Positions 1-8,786 of a DNA stretch of 64,000 nt are shown one piece after another. Numbering within the stretch: the first letter of the stretch is position 1; every line of letters starts with the position of its first letter. The position numbers and the translations under genes are program-made. The notes under the pieces are model-generated. The model worked only from the letters and a program-made list of their open reading frames with translations, made no database searches and was not told the origin of the DNA. Source of the stretch: Sneathiella sp. (GTDB lineage: Bacteria; Pseudomonadota; Alphaproteobacteria; Sneathiellales; Sneathiellaceae); NCBI RefSeq assembly GCF_047631475.1, contig NZ_JBLHZT010000014.1:17438-81437 (forward strand). The letters run 5' to 3'.

Positions 1-1
1 T

Positions 2-376
2 CGTAAAAAACAGAGTTTGTCCAGTTTCCTGCGAAAGCGCTTAAAACTGTCGCCGTTGGAAATTGCGCTTTTAAACGAATTTGGGGACGATATTCGGACA
101 ACTTCGCCGGAAGCAATCGCGCAAATCATTAAATCTCTACCCCTTCCGCTCACCAATTATCAACCTTTAAAAAAGGCCATCAGTGCGTCGGGCGGCGTTG
201 CTCTCAACGAATTCAATGATGATCTGATGCTCGTTCAGCATCCGGGGTGGTTTGCCGCGGGTGAAATGATCGACTGGGACGCCCCCACTGGTGGTTACCT
301 ACTTCAAGCCTGCTTCAGTACGGGAATAAAAGCCGCGAAGGGGATAAAAAAGTGGCTTGAGGTTCAAGCCACTTAA
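2..376 (+). CDS. C-terminal part of an HI0933/BaiN-like NAD(P)/FAD-dependent flavoprotein (starts upstream of the window)
   Basis: Frame is open from base 2. C-terminal motif GWFAAGEMIDWDAPTGGYLLQACFSTG. Confidence 0.85.
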   Translation, partial: RKKQSLSSFLRKRLKLSPLEIALLNEFGDDIRTTSPEAIAQIIKSLPLPLTNYQPLKKAISASGGVALNEFNDDLMLVQHPGWFAAGEMIDWDAPTGGYLLQACFSTGIKAAKGIKKWLEVQAT

Positions 377-388
377 TACGGTTATTTC

Positions 389-1090
389 TCAGCGTGGTAC
401 ATTTCCGGGAGAAACAGCAAGACTACTGATAAACTCTTCAATCCCGGCTTTGTCTTTCAGATACATGCTCTTGTCACGCTTCTGAATAAGACCATCCCCC
501 GTCAATTGCCCGATAACCCGCGCGACCGTCTCCCGAGTCGTCGAAACGCGGCTCGCAATAACACTTTGTGTTGGCATGGGATAGATCAACCAGGATCCCG
601 GTGTTACCGGATCGGGTGTCGCCATCCGCAGCAGTTCCTGACAGACCCGCTGAACAGCGCCCAATGTAGACAGGTCCAAAATCCGATCGTCATTTATCCG
701 AATAATACGGGCCAGACGTTGCATAACCAGCATCATCACTTCTGGATGCTCTAACAAAAGCTCATTAAAATTTTCCGGAGACAATGAGGCCAACAGGCAT
801 TCTTTATTTGCAATAATATTTGCCGAACGCGGTTTGCCATCAATGGCAGACAATTCCCCGAAATACTGACCGGCCTCAACTGTCGCATAGGCAACCTCCC
901 GACCGGAAACACCATAATTCACAACATTAACACTGCCCGAGACGACAAAGAAAATATCTCTGCTTGTGCTTGATTTTTCCAGGATTTGCGAACCGGAAGT
1001 ATATTTTTTCCAGTTGCATTTACTAGAGATTTCCAGCTTCTTCTCCGGTGGCAACTTGTCTAGAAGTTCAATATTATCAAGATTTTGCAT
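389..1090 (-). CDS. Crp/Fnr family transcriptional regulator, cNMP-binding type
   Basis: Phosphate-binding cassette FGELSAIDGKPRSA. HTH TTRETVAR. No FNR cysteine cluster. Confidence 0.9.
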   Translation of the reverse strand: MQNLDNIELLDKLPPEKKLEISSKCNWKKYTSGSQILEKSSTSRDIFFVVSGSVNVVNYGVSGREVAYATVEAGQYFGELSAIDGKPRSANIIANKECLLASLSPENFNELLLEHPEVMMLVMQRLARIIRINDDRILDLSTLGAVQRVCQELLRMATPDPVTPGSWLIYPMPTQSVIASRVSTTRETVARVIGQLTGDGLIQKRDKSMYLKDKAGIEEFISSLAVSPGNVPR

Positions 1091-1324
1091 GACGTTCTAA
1101 AATATATTACAGGCCAATACGGACCTTTGAGGGGAATAATGTTAACGCGAATTTAAGGGCTCTTGAACATTTGGGCAATAGCAAGAGTAATAATATTATT
1201 TCGGAAGAAAAAAATAATCACAAAAAACATCTTTTTATGGCAAAGATACAGTATCCGCTGGGCACCATTTCTAAGCCTGGCAAAATGTGAAAAACTGAGG
1301 CAAATTTAGTGAAGGACGAGTGTC

Positions 1325-2677
1325 TTGCAAAAACCAATCTGGATTAAAAACCCCCTCGCCATCTTAAACAACAAGTGCGCCGGTGGTTTGGTTGTTAAAG
1401 ACAACACCATTTTGGAATTGATTGGTCTTGGGGAAAGCCCAAAATCTATCTCCCTATCCGACTTGGATATTTTTGACGCCAGCCAGCATGTCGTGATACC
1501 TGGCTTGATCAACACTCATCATCACTTTTACCAGACCCTAACACGCGCCTGCCCCGTTGCGCTGAACAAACCTTTATTTCCCTGGCTACAATCACTGTAT
1601 CCTGTCTGGGCCCGTTTGACCCCAAAAATGCTTGCCAGCGCCTCGCGATTGGCATTGGCCGAACTTATGCTGTCCGGATGCTCAACCGCGGCTGACCATC
1701 ACTACCTGTTCCCGGCCCCGTTATCCGATGCCATCGATATTCAGGTTGAGGCGGTTAAGGAACTTGGCATACGGGCACATTTAACCCGCGGCTCCATGAG
1801 CCTGGGGGAGGATCAAGGCGGATTGCCTCCTCAATCAACCGTGCAAAACGAGCAGACGATTTTGGATGACAGTCGCCGTCTTATTCAGGAATACCACCAA
1901 ACCGAAGACGGTGCTTTTCTTCAGGTTGCGTTGGCCCCCTGCTCTCCTTTCTCGGTCAGTACAGACCTAATGCAGGCTTCTGCGGAGCTTGCTTCGGAAT
2001 ATGACGTCCGTCTACATACTCATCTTGCAGAAACACATGATGAAACTGATTTTTGCTTGAAAATGTTTGGATTACGGCCTGTCGATTATCTGGAAAAAGT
2101 CGGCTGGCTGTCCTCCAATGTCTGGCTTGCCCATGGCATACATTTCAATGACGAGGAAATCGCCCGCCTTGGAAAAGCAAAGGTGGGTATTACCCATTGC
2201 CCATCTTCCAATATGGTCCTTTCTTCCGGTATTTGTCGAACCTTGGAACTTGAAAAAGCCGGGTGCCCGGTTGGTCTGGGTGTAGATGGTTCAGCCTCAA
2301 ACGATGGCTCAAACCTTATTCAGGAGGTTCGTCAGGCGATGTTGATTGGACGGCTTCTTTATGACGCCAATGAAATGACGCATCATTCAGCCTTACGCTT
2401 TGCAACGCAAGGTTCTGCCGATTGTCTAGGGCGCGGCGACATTGGCCGTCTGGACGTTGGTGCGCAGGCAGATATTGCCTTTTTCAAGCTGGACGAAATG
2501 CGTTTTTCAGGAGCGGGAGACCCCCTCGCGGCTTTGCTTTTATGTGGTGCACACAAAGCTGACCATCTGATGATTGGTGGCCAATGGCGTGTTAAAAACG
2601 GCGAAATACCAAATCTGGATATTGATGCCTTATTGGCCGAGCACCATCAACTGGGGCAGGAACTTCAGCAATTATAG
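1325..2677 (+). CDS. 8-oxoguanine deaminase (amidohydrolase family)
   Basis: NTHHHFYQTLTR, APCSPFSV, LHTHLAET, GLGVDGSASND motifs. TTG start after GAAGGA. Confidence 0.85.
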   Translation: MQKPIWIKNPLAILNNKCAGGLVVKDNTILELIGLGESPKSISLSDLDIFDASQHVVIPGLINTHHHFYQTLTRACPVALNKPLFPWLQSLYPVWARLTPKMLASASRLALAELMLSGCSTAADHHYLFPAPLSDAIDIQVEAVKELGIRAHLTRGSMSLGEDQGGLPPQSTVQNEQTILDDSRRLIQEYHQTEDGAFLQVALAPCSPFSVSTDLMQASAELASEYDVRLHTHLAETHDETDFCLKMFGLRPVDYLEKVGWLSSNVWLAHGIHFNDEEIARLGKAKVGITHCPSSNMVLSSGICRTLELEKAGCPVGLGVDGSASNDGSNLIQEVRQAMLIGRLLYDANEMTHHSALRFATQGSADCLGRGDIGRLDVGAQADIAFFKLDEMRFSGAGDPLAALLLCGAHKADHLMIGGQWRVKNGEIPNLDIDALLAEHHQLGQELQQL

Positions 2678-3580
2678 GTCTTGATCAAATTCGGCTTTGA
2701 CAAACGCTTTGAACCGCTGAGCGATTGGCCCCAGTGGCTCCCCCAATTTATGGGCGAGAACCACTGTGATGGGGGCGATATCCTCTTCTATTTCCGCGGT
2801 GACCACAGCTTGCCCGTCATAAGTGTTGGAGTGCGGACTTCGCATAGCCATTAACGAAAAGCCTAATCCGTGTCCAACAGCACTACGAACACTTTCAAAT
2901 GACGTCGCCCGAAAGGAGACCTTGGGGTTGATTTGCAGTGACGCAAAAACCGAATAAAAATATTCCCGGCTGTTCGGCGCATCAAACAAGACATACCCTT
3001 CTGCTGCTAACGATCGAAGAGATACCTTTTTTTGTGCCGCAAGCGGGTGGTTCGCTGATAATAGAATGTATGGTTTATGACGGCCTAAAATATGCCATTC
3101 CAGCCGTTCTGGATCCAGGTTCAAGTCGTATAAGATGGCCAGATCCAAATCTTTTGAGACCAAATCGGAAATAATATCCCCTTGCAGAGTTTCCCGAATA
3201 TCCAGTGTGATTCCAGGTTGGATACTGTGATAACGACGGATCAAACGTGCGACATAAAAGGGTGCTATCGACTGGAAGCACCCTATTCGAATTGTGCCTG
3301 ATTGATGAGCTTTGATATCAGCAATCTCTTTTTCTGTTGCTTCGGCAACCTGCAATAAATGTTCTGCCTGCGCGAGAAAGGCGTCCCCTTGATCGGTCAA
3401 TATAAGCCCTTTGGCGTGACGCCTTTCAAACAGACACAAACCGGTAATATCCTCAAGTTTATCAATGGCCTGCGCAATGGCAGGCTGAGAAATACTCAAC
3501 TTGCGGGCCGCTTGCGCAATCCCCCCGTGCGTTGCGACCGCCCGAAAGTAATAGCATTGCTTCAGTGTATAACGAACCAT
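2672..3580 (-). CDS. LysR family transcriptional regulator
   Basis: N-terminal HTH (GGIAQAARKLSISQPAIAQAIDKLE) plus substrate-binding domain. Divergent from the 2OG oxygenase. Confidence 0.95.
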   Translation of the reverse strand: MVRYTLKQCYYFRAVATHGGIAQAARKLSISQPAIAQAIDKLEDITGLCLFERRHAKGLILTDQGDAFLAQAEHLLQVAEATEKEIADIKAHQSGTIRIGCFQSIAPFYVARLIRRYHSIQPGITLDIRETLQGDIISDLVSKDLDLAILYDLNLDPERLEWHILGRHKPYILLSANHPLAAQKKVSLRSLAAEGYVLFDAPNSREYFYSVFASLQINPKVSFRATSFESVRSAVGHGLGFSLMAMRSPHSNTYDGQAVVTAEIEEDIAPITVVLAHKLGEPLGPIAQRFKAFVKAEFDQDL

Positions 3581-3677
3581 CTAACCATATTTTACTGTTC
3601 TTATTGAATGATTTTACGAACTTTTATGGAGGATAGACAAACCCTATAGTGTCGGCAATCGCAAAAAAGGAAAGCAG

Positions 3678-4457
3678 ATGGACCTAAAAGAAATCATCGA
3701 TTTTGAAAAATACGATATCACAGAACCTGAGTTTCAAACGCGCGCCCAACAAATACTCGAAGAAAAAGGGGCCCTTGTTCTTCCTGACTTTATGAAAGCG
3801 GCAGCGGTTGAGGCGGTCCGGGCCCAGTCAGAAGCCGATAAAGACAAAGCCTACTTCTGTGTGCAGGAACATAATGTTTACCTGACACCACCCGACAACA
3901 AATACGATATGGGGCATCCGCGAAATAGAAATATCATTTCCTCAAAAGGCTGCATTACAGATGATTTCGTCCCGCAGAATTCCCCTTTGAGAACACTGTA
4001 TGATGCGGCCGAGTTTCAAGATTTCCTTTGTGCTGTTCTGAACGAAGCGGCGCTCTTTCCCTATGCCGACCCCTTATCGTCCATAAATGTTCACTATGCC
4101 AGCAATGGTCAGGAACTCGGGTGGCATTTTGATAATTCCTCTTTTGCAACCACCTTAATGATCCAGAAGCCAGAAGCTGGCGGTACCTTTGACTATGTCG
4201 AAAATGTCCGTGATGCGGATGCTGGTGAGATGAATTTCGCTGCTGTGGAACAAGTTCTGGACGGCAAGGTCGACTATAAACAGCTGTCCATGGAGCCAGG
4301 CACACTGGTCCTGTTCAGAGGGCGCAACGCCCTGCATCGGGTCGCCCCCGTTATCGGAGATAAAACCCGGATACTGGTTGTTCTGGCGTATAACGCACAA
4401 CCCGGTATTGCTCTTTCTGAATCGGCCCGCAAGACCTTCTATGGCAGATTAGATTGA
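3678..4457 (+). CDS. Fe(II)/2-oxoglutarate-dependent oxygenase, BesD/HalD-like fold, hydroxylase-type triad
   Basis: LGWHFD (H150, D152), NALHRV (H220), R231. GGTFDY and PGTLVLFRGR strands. SD AAGGA. Confidence 0.75.
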   Translation: MDLKEIIDFEKYDITEPEFQTRAQQILEEKGALVLPDFMKAAAVEAVRAQSEADKDKAYFCVQEHNVYLTPPDNKYDMGHPRNRNIISSKGCITDDFVPQNSPLRTLYDAAEFQDFLCAVLNEAALFPYADPLSSINVHYASNGQELGWHFDNSSFATTLMIQKPEAGGTFDYVENVRDADAGEMNFAAVEQVLDGKVDYKQLSMEPGTLVLFRGRNALHRVAPVIGDKTRILVVLAYNAQPGIALSESARKTFYGRLD

Positions 4458-4970
4458 TAACGCCGACATAATCTGGGAGACGGTCATATCACTAAAGTCC
4501 AATAATCGCTGATAAGGGTCTCCCGACAAGGCAAAATAGCGGGCAAAGGCAGGTTCAGTCTTTAAGCCGGATCTTTTTAAGGTGCGGATCCTTACTTTGG
4601 CGTCCTCGCCGCCGATCACCAGTAATTTGCGCTCTGCTTCCATATGGCGCCAGGCATTTTGTTTTTTGACCGGTATGTTTTGGCCATAAATTTCAAGGTC
4701 AAAGGAAAGACAGCGAAATCGACATAGGCTATATCCCGCTGCATTTTCGGCCAAAGAAAAGAAAAAATTTTCCTGATCGCCATAATTTTCCCGTAGAAGC
4801 CTCTCAAAGGCAGGATGATCTTCCACTTGGCAAATAACATCGATATCACTGGTTTCAATATCCACATCAATGGGCATCGTCCCGGTGAAGAGCGGGTCAA
4901 ATTCTGCAAGGATCGTATAAACACCAATAGCATTTAACAGCGTTTCGGCCTGTTCATACCTCAGGGACAT
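4449..4970 (-). CDS. DUF4269 family protein (nucleotidyltransferase-like motif)
   Basis: GTMPIDVDIETSDIDVIC and LKRSGLKTEPAFA...GDPY motifs. ATG at 4970 preferred to TTG at 4985. Confidence 0.75.
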   Translation of the reverse strand: MSLRYEQAETLLNAIGVYTILAEFDPLFTGTMPIDVDIETSDIDVICQVEDHPAFERLLRENYGDQENFFFSLAENAAGYSLCRFRCLSFDLEIYGQNIPVKKQNAWRHMEAERKLLVIGGEDAKVRIRTLKRSGLKTEPAFARYFALSGDPYQRLLDFSDMTVSQIMSALSI

Positions 4971-4986
4971 AAAGCTTCTTTCCAAG

Positions 4987-5015
4987 TGATACAGAAAATA
5001 CTAACCTGTGTATCA
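4987..5015. promoter_or_regulatory. Inverted repeat TGATACA-N15-TGTATCA, candidate operator between DUF4269 and paaX
   Basis: Arms at 4987-4993 and 5009-5015. The right arm overlaps the -10 of a minus-strand TTGCAA-N18-TATGAT promoter-like element (5041-5012). Confidence 0.5.
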
Positions 5016-5057
5016 TAATAAAAGTCACACGCCCCTTGCAAATGGATAAAATCGTTC

Positions 5058-5984
5058 GTGTCCTTAACTGAATTGATCGACAACCTGCCCAGTTCCCTTC
5101 ACTTGAAAGCCCGTTCCCTGCTCGTCACCGTTTGGGGCGACTCTGTTGCGCCTCATGGTGGCACTGTTTGGCTAGGAAGCCTAATCGATCTGGTAAAAGA
5201 TCTGGGTCTGAATGAAAGAGTGGTCCGAACCTCTGTCTTCAGACTTAAACAGGATCAGCTTCTGGACAGTCATCAGATAGGACGCAAAAGCTATTACACA
5301 CTGACCCGAACGGGCGAACATCGTTTCGAGGAAGCGACAAAAAGGATCTATCGACTGGCCGGGCCAACCTGGGATGAAAGCTGGACATTGGTCTTCACAG
5401 AACGGCGTGCTTTGTCCGATGAGAAGCGCAAACAGTTGCAGGTTGAGTTGGGATGGCAGGGGTTCGGTGACCTCGGATCCGGTATTTTTGCCCATCCGGG
5501 CGGGGAGCTAAGTGCCCTTCAACAACTGCTGAAAGATTTGGAAATTGAAAATCATGTAGCTGTCCTGAAAGCCACAAATCTTTCCGCTTTCAAAGAGACC
5601 CCATTAAAGGTTCTTGTCCAAAAAGGGTGGGACATTGGCAAGATTGAAGAAGGTTACAAAGAGTTTATCAGGAATTTTACGCCTATTTTAAAGGGTTTGT
5701 CCGCACACCCACAATTAAACGCAAAAAATTGTTTTATTGTTCGTACGCTTCTGGTGCATGATTATCGAAGAGCGTTGCTGAAAGATCCATTACTGCCAGA
5801 GGTGCTATTGCCAACAGGGTGGAGCGGAAACGAAGCGCGATTGCTGTTTAAGGACCTTTACCTTGCAGTCTGGGAGAAAGCTGAAGAGCATTTACTGAAG
5901 ACATTGGAAACAAATACCGGAAAGTTACCCGAAGCGTCAGAGGAGTTTCTTACACGGTTCGAGGGACTAAGAAAAACAACCTAA
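5058..5984 (+). CDS. paaX: PaaX family transcriptional repressor
   Basis: ARSLLVTVWGD..PHGGTVWLGSLI, ERVVRTSVFRL, C-terminal DPLLPEVLLP..W.G. GTG start. Confidence 0.9.
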   Translation: MSLTELIDNLPSSLHLKARSLLVTVWGDSVAPHGGTVWLGSLIDLVKDLGLNERVVRTSVFRLKQDQLLDSHQIGRKSYYTLTRTGEHRFEEATKRIYRLAGPTWDESWTLVFTERRALSDEKRKQLQVELGWQGFGDLGSGIFAHPGGELSALQQLLKDLEIENHVAVLKATNLSAFKETPLKVLVQKGWDIGKIEEGYKEFIRNFTPILKGLSAHPQLNAKNCFIVRTLLVHDYRRALLKDPLLPEVLLPTGWSGNEARLLFKDLYLAVWEKAEEHLLKTLETNTGKLPEASEEFLTRFEGLRKTT

Positions 5985-5998
5985 TCTGGGGGAGGAAA

Positions 5999-7318
5999 AT
6001 GGCTGGTGGTTTAAAAGCAGCAATCGTAGGATCTGGTCCGGCGGGAATGTATACCGCTGGGGCATTGAATTCAAAGTGCCCGGGGTGCCAAATCGATATT
6101 CTTGATAAACTGGCGACCCCATACGGTCTGGTCAGAGCAGGCGTTGCACCAGATCATCAAACCACTAAGAACGTTTCCCGCGCTTACGACAAGATCATGG
6201 AAAATGACAATGTCAGATTTGTTGGAAATCTGGGATTGGGAGATGATATCTCGATCGCCATGTTGCGAGAACTATACGATGTCGTTGTCCTTGCCGTTGG
6301 CACACCAAAAGACAGGACACTTGGTATTCCGGGCGAAGATCTAGAAGGTGTTTTCGGGGCCCAAACCTTTGTATACTGGTATAATGGTCATCCCGAGTTC
6401 AGGGACGCGGTTCCTCATCTGGACATTACGAACGCCATTGTCATTGGCAATGGAAATGTAGCTCTGGATGTTGCTCGGGTAATGCTTAGAACGCCGAAAG
6501 AAATGGCACAATCGGATCTGGCCGAACATGCAGGCGAACATATATTTTCAAGTCCGGTTCGAACCATCCGGATTGTCGGACGCCGCGGGCCGGAACATGC
6601 TCAATTTTCATCCAAAGAGCTGTCAGAACTAAAGCAAATGGATGGAGCCATCCCCTATTGCGATGCGTCTGTCATTCCCGAACATTTTAGCACAGGCGAT
6701 AAGAAGACCGATAAGGTCGTTAATACCAATCTGGATCTCTTAAGAGAATACTCAAAAAATGTTCCCGCAGCGAACGACCGGAAACTATCACTGGATTTTT
6801 TCCTGTCTCCGGTAGCAATCCTTGGGGACGATAAAATTGAAGCCGTCCGACTGGAAAAAAACGTCATCAAAGACGGGAAATCCGTTGGGACTGGTGAATA
6901 TGTTGAATATCCATGTGACCTTCTGGTGACTTGCATCGGATATGAAATGACGATGCTGGACGGATTAACGATCGAGCATGGGAAAATCAAGAATACAGAA
7001 GGGCGTGTTGATGACGGGCTTTATGTGGTCGGCTGGGCAAAGCGCGGCCCTTCTGGTACAATAGGCACAAATCGCCTGGATAGTCAGGCTGTTGTAGATC
7101 GTATTCTCGAAGATCGATGCGACGACACAGGTTCTTCCAAACCCGGACCGAAAGGTCTTGATGACTATGTCCGCGAAAACAAAATCCAAACAGTCTCTTT
7201 CGAAGACTGGCAAAAAATTGATATGGCGGAGAAAGAATCTGCAGCGGGCCCCTCGCCCAGACGCAAATTCGTCCGCAAACGCGACATGTTATCGCTCATC
7301 CGTGAAAGCAATGCCTGA
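5999..7318 (+). CDS. Ferredoxin--NADP(+) reductase, adrenodoxin-reductase/FprA type
   Basis: IVGSGPAG, PYGLVRAGVAPDH, VIGNGNVALDVAR, GWAKRGPSGTIGTN. Confidence 0.9.
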   Translation: MAGGLKAAIVGSGPAGMYTAGALNSKCPGCQIDILDKLATPYGLVRAGVAPDHQTTKNVSRAYDKIMENDNVRFVGNLGLGDDISIAMLRELYDVVVLAVGTPKDRTLGIPGEDLEGVFGAQTFVYWYNGHPEFRDAVPHLDITNAIVIGNGNVALDVARVMLRTPKEMAQSDLAEHAGEHIFSSPVRTIRIVGRRGPEHAQFSSKELSELKQMDGAIPYCDASVIPEHFSTGDKKTDKVVNTNLDLLREYSKNVPAANDRKLSLDFFLSPVAILGDDKIEAVRLEKNVIKDGKSVGTGEYVEYPCDLLVTCIGYEMTMLDGLTIEHGKIKNTEGRVDDGLYVVGWAKRGPSGTIGTNRLDSQAVVDRILEDRCDDTGSSKPGPKGLDDYVRENKIQTVSFEDWQKIDMAEKESAAGPSPRRKFVRKRDMLSLIRESNA

Positions 7319-8121
7319 TGATTATTGTACAGATCAGTGACCCGCATATTTCAGTACCTGAATGTGATTTTGAGCAATTGTATCAAACTAAAAAGCGATT
7401 GGAAACCGCTATTGAAGCCATTAACCGGTTAGATCCAAAACCAGACGCCATATTCTTAACAGGTGATCTGATAAACTGCGGTCAGATGGACGAGTACAAG
7501 ATCCTTAAAAAAGTACTGCAAAAGACTGATATTCCTATATTTTTAGGGATTGGAAATCACGACAATCGTGAAAATTTTCTCTCGTCTTTCGGTTCTGAGC
7601 CTTATCTTTCGGATGACAATTTTATTCAGTATTCGGTTGAAAAACAGGGCCTTCGAATGTTGATGCTGGACACCAACATTGAAAATTGTCCCAACGGACT
7701 TCTTTGCGCGCAGCGGCTTGACTGGCTTGAAAAAACCCTTTCGGAAAAGCCGGACATACCGACAGTAATCTTCATGCACCACCCACCTTTTAAAACAGGG
7801 ATCGTCACGATGGATCGCATGGGATTAAACGAGGCTGAAAAATTTGGGCGGGTTCTTGAAAATCACCCGCAGGTGATGCGCATATTCTGTGGTCACATCC
7901 ACCGCCCCATTCAAAGTATGTTTCATGGAGTCATGGCGCAGGTTTGCCCCTCAACTTCCCATCGGGTTCTTCTTCACTTAAGTGACGAAGAACGACTTGC
8001 CACAACGGCGGAGCCGCCAGAAATGCTCCTGCACCATTGGGACGGAAAGCAACTTGTAACCCATTCAGCCTTTACGGATGATTACCCTGTTTTATGGGAA
8101 TTGGAAGGCGCGCTTTATTAA
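7318..8121 (+). CDS. Calcineurin-like metallophosphoesterase (CpdA/GpdQ-like phosphodiesterase)
   Basis: DPH, GDL, GNHD, MHHPP, CGHIHR metal motifs. TGATG-type coupling to the reductase gene. Confidence 0.85.
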   Translation: MIIVQISDPHISVPECDFEQLYQTKKRLETAIEAINRLDPKPDAIFLTGDLINCGQMDEYKILKKVLQKTDIPIFLGIGNHDNRENFLSSFGSEPYLSDDNFIQYSVEKQGLRMLMLDTNIENCPNGLLCAQRLDWLEKTLSEKPDIPTVIFMHHPPFKTGIVTMDRMGLNEAEKFGRVLENHPQVMRIFCGHIHRPIQSMFHGVMAQVCPSTSHRVLLHLSDEERLATTAEPPEMLLHHWDGKQLVTHSAFTDDYPVLWELEGALY

Positions 8122-8786
8122 CCCTTCAAAACATCCAGCCCCATTTGCCAGAAGCCAACTTCCAAGCGGGTCGCTTCGGCAAAGGTCTTGCTCAAACTGG
8201 CGTAACGGGCCGGTGTAAGCCGTTCTTCAGCTAAATCATCCAGTTGATCAATTGCGGATCTGGAGACCGCCTGATAGTCGTCTCCAGCGTACATTTCTAT
8301 CCAGGGAAGATAGGGGTTTCCCTCGCGTTTTGTTCGCGCACTTTGGCCCAAAAGCTTACCAATTTCACCATACCCGATGACACAGGGGGACAGGGCAACA
8401 TATAAATCAAGAATATCGCCAGAATGACCTTTTTCTAGAACATAGCGTGTATAGGCCATATTCTGCGGATCTTCGGCAATCTCCTGCATCTCTTTTTCAC
8501 AAATGCCCCATCGCGCGCAATATTCGATATGCAGGGCCATTTCGGTATCGATAAGCGCAGAAACTGTCGCAGTGGCTGCCTTCATTTGATCCAGCGTTTC
8601 TGATTTATACGCCGCCAAAGCATAAGCCTTGGCAAACTGGATCAAGAAAAGATAATCCTGTTTCAGATAATATTCGAAAGCCGGTTTCGGCAGGGTACCA
8701 TCCTGCAACGCCTGAACAAACGGATGACCAACATAACGCGACCAGATATCAGCGTTATCGTCTCGTAATCTTGCGAAGAAGGACAT
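8118..8786 (-). CDS. tenA: Thiaminase II / aminopyrimidine aminohydrolase TenA (Cys type)
   Basis: YLKQDYLFLIQF, ALSPCVIGYGEIG with catalytic Cys, LEVGFWQM. Confidence 0.9.
   Translation of the reverse strand: MSFFARLRDDNADIWSRYVGHPFVQALQDGTLPKPAFEYYLKQDYLFLIQFAKAYALAAYKSETLDQMKAATATVSALIDTEMALHIEYCARWGICEKEMQEIAEDPQNMAYTRYVLEKGHSGDILDLYVALSPCVIGYGEIGKLLGQSARTKREGNPYLPWIEMYAGDDYQAVSRSAIDQLDDLAEERLTPARYASLSKTFAEATRLEVGFWQMGLDVLKG

Noticed and set aside
1091-1324. Purine/xanthine riboswitch upstream of the deaminase
   Set aside because: I could not identify the conserved core or stems of these riboswitches.
3678-4457. Calling the oxygenase a BesD-type halogenase
   Set aside because: The motif is HxD (WHFD), not HxG/A, so the carboxylate occupies the halide site.
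5007-5029. CRP site TGTGT...TCACA near paaX
   Set aside because: The spacer is 13 nt, not 6.
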